Assembly (NCBI GenBank): GCA_964188305.1
Contig: OZ076889.1
DNA: 64,000 bases
Direction: 5' to 3' (one strand)
From: Podarcis bocagei
Taxonomy: Eukaryota
Position 1 is the stretch's first letter. Every line of letters starts with the position of its first letter. Positions 60,721 to 64,000 of the stretch are shown here, in pieces. A program made the position numbers and the translations under genes. The notes under the pieces are model-generated. The model did not search any database, was not told the DNA's origin, and saw nothing but the letters and a program-made list of their open reading frames with translations.

Positions 60721-61399
60721 CCACAATATAAACTGCAACATTTGATACAAGCTACCAAAAAAGAAGAAAAAGCCAAAATACAGCTGTGGCCATTACTTTA
60801 CAGAGCTTTCTTGTCTCCTACATCACTAGTTCATCAGTGACACTAGAACCTAAACATTTGCTTTCTGTACATTAACCAATGCTAAAAGCACCACACGCTG
60901 TTCAGAAATAGAATTCCAGTCACTGAAACCAGACACAGAAGTTATTGCTCAGATAAATAAACCTAGTCTACAAAATCAATGGGGGGAGGGGAATCTAAAG
61001 TTTTCAAAAATGTTCAAAAGAGTAAACAGGGATTTCTTCAAAAAGAGGAATTATGGGAATTCTTAGTGCAGTGTTTTGCACCTAAACAGAGTTGATTAAA
61101 TGTGCTGGTAAATTTCAAAGAGGTAATTTAATGCTATACATGAAAAGGTGCGTGTTTTGATGCCTTCAAACTGGCGAAAAACCCCTGTCTGAACAGTCAG
61201 CATTTCAAACCTCAATAACCACAAACAGCTTAAAGGATAAAAATACAAAAGTGTCAAATTGTTTTAAGGTCTGAAAAATGATCCCATTAGGATAGAAGTA
61301 GCACCATTTGCAACTTGGCTCTAAAACCAGCCCAGTGGCTTTATGGAGAGAGAAAAAAGCTAATCTTCTGTTGTAGAGTCCTTATGTTCATCAGGCATG

Positions 61400-61537
61400 T
61401 TACTTTCGATATGGGGAGTCCTTTCCCGTACAGCTCACACATATGTAGTCTTCTTTTTCTGCCATTTCTGGAGAGACACCCACACATACTTGATGGAACC
61501 ACTGATTGCAGCAGCCATCACACTGGACCCAGTCCAC
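61400..61537 (-). CDS. KDM5B: KDM5B terminal exon coding part (PHD3, stop TAA)
   Basis: [45 protein letters not shown]. Confidence 0.95.
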   Translation of the reverse strand: MDWVQCDGCCNQWFHQVCVGVSPEMAEKEDYICVSCTGKDSPYRK

Positions 61538-63674
61538 CTAGACACAAAGAGAGAGTTAAAAAGTCTTCACACAACAACAAATATGGTACATCACTTTTAT
61601 ATCTGTTTGCTAGCAAGTTTTCTGTAGCTACGTCTAGCAGTCTACTAGTACCATATCCTGTACTGGGCACAATACTTTGAGGAGATAGAAAAACTGGTGT
61701 TCAGAAAACAGTCTTAGGGTGAAAGGCTGAAAGAACTGGGTTTGTTTGTTCTGGGTGGCCTACAATGCCCCCTCCAACTCTATGATTCTACCAAACCATG
61801 CGTTTTTACATCCTTTACAGATATTTCCTTCAACTTACCTCATCACCTTCAGGCTGCAGGCAGTTGACAGCTGGGCAGATGGCATCCTCATCTTCAGATT
61901 CTTCTTGTTCAGAGAAGGACATATCCGAAAGAAGCAACTGGCTTTCACCAGACCGCTGTATGTCAAACAACCTGTTTCTTTCCAGCTTGCTAGTACCCAG
62001 TTCCCTCAAATGAGATAATTTCAGTTTTTTCTTGTTGGGAGCTATTTTTCTGACTCGTGTTCTCATCTCACTGCAGAAATCTCCTCTCTCAAAATGTCTC
62101 TTCAGCTTCCTTTCCACAGAGCAAATTCCATCTCGCTTCCCTCGACAAAAATCAGTCTACAAGAAACATGCATTAGAAGATCATAAAGTACCATGTAGCC
62201 AGTTCCTTATACTTCTGGCATGCTATGCAGTAACCATCCACACATTTAATGAGAAGCACATATTAAGCATGGGATGCGGGTGGCGCTGTGGGTTAAACCA
62301 CAGAGCCTAGGACTTGTTGATCAGAAGGTCGGTGGTTCGAATCCCCGCAACGGGATGAGTTCCCGTTGCTCGGTCCCTGCTCCTGCAAATCTAGCAGTTC
62401 GAAAGCACGTCAAAGTGCAAGTAGATAAATAGGTACCGCTCCGGCAGGAAGGTAAACCGTGTTTACGTGCACTGCTCTGGTCCGCCAGAAGCGGCTTAGT
62501 CATGCTGCATGCTGGCCACATGACCCGGAAAAACTGTCTGCGAACAAATGTCGGCTCCCTTGGCCAATAAAGCGAGATGCGCGCCGCAACCCCAGAGTCG
62601 TCCGTGACTGGACCTAATGGTCAAGGGTCCCTTTACTTTACCTTTACATATTAAGCATAATACTTCAGCATCTCTTTCTTATAGTACTTAAGAATGAGAT
62701 TTTTTTGAAAAGTTTTACCATTTTTTCAACACAGATACAAAAAACCTCCTTTCACCTTTTAAGTGCAAGGGAATTAATATTGAGAGCACACATATTGGCT
62801 GTGAGCTGCCACAGCATGCAAGCTATCCCTAACCACTTTTGGAGCTCATAAGCAATGTCACAAAAACCTGGACATTAGAGCTTTGGTATGGCAAAGCTTA
62901 TGCAACAGAACGTTTGTAAGAATTCCATTGCAACTGCACATCTGGTGTGCTTTTTGGGGGGGAAGGGATACAGAGAAACAACTGAGCTGGATTTCTAGTG
63001 TGCCCTCTCTATCATCCTCTGGTGGCTGATGTTGAGGGAGGGGAGAAATAAAAGTGATACACAGGAAAATGCTTCTGTGTGTGCATGTGTACTGTTGATG
63101 AGAGGGGGGGGGGAGCCTGTATTTACACTACAGCAATTAAAACAAGATTTTCAAACAAGCAGATTCAAGCAATCACTCCCTTTCTGAGATGGACCCCGGC
63201 CCAAAATATTTACCTTTTCACTTGTTGGTCCTACTGGTGACCTCTGTTCTGTCTTTGCAACTGGGCTTTGCTTTGTGAATAAGATCTCATACAACTCTTG
63301 TATTTCGGGTAATGAAACCTGTAGTAGTTGGGCTTCCATCATCAGTTCATTCAGCTCTGCACTAATGGCTAGAGTGACAAACAAAATAATTTTTAATTAT
63401 CAGTGGTGAAGTTACATAGCTTTAAAACTTTTCTTTCCAAAGCACATCAAGCAAATTGAAATTATTTTTACAAATTCTCTGCCTACAAGACCCTACACAA
63501 AGGAGCTCATAATGTTATGTTTAGGATTTCACACTGATGAATGATAAGTACAGCATATTTACCATGAAGGGGGATGCAGTTTTGTCCTGTAGAGAAAGGA
63601 GAGTGTAAATGCATGGGTCTGTTATTCCAGTCATGTGGCAAAGAGAAAGATGTAGCACCAATTGTCTGTGAAAC
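61400..63674 (-). CDS. KDM5B: KDM5B (JARID1B) last four coding exons incl. PHD3; 5' part beyond right edge
   Basis: Exons 63563-63674, 63214-63368, 61839-62156, 61400-61537 in frame, ending ...[64 protein letters not shown]. Confidence 0.95.
61839..62156 (-). CDS. KDM5B: KDM5B penultimate exon
   Basis: [20 protein letters not shown]...[25 protein letters not shown]; donor gtaagt. Confidence 0.93.
62271..62645 (+). mobile_element. Full-length Sauria SINE in KDM5B intron
   Basis: GGGATGCGGGTGGCGCTGTGGG...CCCTTTACTTTACCTTT; 13-bp TSD ACATATTAAGCAT (62258-62270, 62646-62658). Confidence 0.93.
63214..63368 (-). CDS. KDM5B: KDM5B internal exon
   Basis: [51 protein letters not shown]. Confidence 0.93.
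63563..63674 (-). CDS. KDM5B: KDM5B internal exon
   Basis: [37 protein letters not shown]; ag/gt. Confidence 0.9.
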
Positions 63675-64000
63675 CTAATTAAAGAGAAGCAATTAAACAC
63701 CACCTTATTTCTTTAACATGCTGTGAACTTGAATGATAATGGTGTTAAAATGTAACTTTAAATTAACAATTGATTAAAATGACATGCCCAATATCTTAGT
63801 TTTAGAAAGTTCTATTGTTATTATTTCAATTTATTAGCCACTCTTCACCATAAGGTGCTATGTCTGGCTACAACAATTTAAAACACTATATTATAACCAT
63901 CTAAAACAAACTGAAGTCACTGGATTAGGTCCTCTTTTGGACTGGAAACTGATTAAGGAACAGGAAGCAGAAGTGAGGAATAAACAATTTTCCACAACAG

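Overview
Vertebrate genomic DNA, almost certainly a lacertid lizard (Sauria/Podarcis-type SINEs, BovB, Penelope and squamate MITEs). Three spliced protein-coding genes lie head-to-tail on the minus strand. (1) The last four coding exons and 3'UTR of KDM5B (63674->61400). (2) A complete 24-exon IPO9 (53766->22458, 1036 aa by my exon sum, with a U12 AT-AC intron). (3) The first 17 coding exons of an LZTR1 gene (16938->257, running off the left edge through a U12 GT-AG intron). This LZTR1 lacks the equivalent of human exon 10 and sits next to IPO9/KDM5B (human 1q32 genes) rather than in a 22q11-type neighbourhood, so it may be a second LZTR1 paralogue. The ORF track misses a full-length processed CYB5B pseudogene (poly(A) signal, A-tail remnant, TSD) abutting the IPO9 CpG-island promoter. 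Other oddities are a candidate poison exon in LZTR1, a SINE framed by a ~269-bp duplication, a 140-bp minisatellite grown inside a Tc2-like transposon, a MITE nested in an L1, and a solo LTR. Exon boundaries were derived by hand from splice signals and recalled human protein sequences; no database searches were run.
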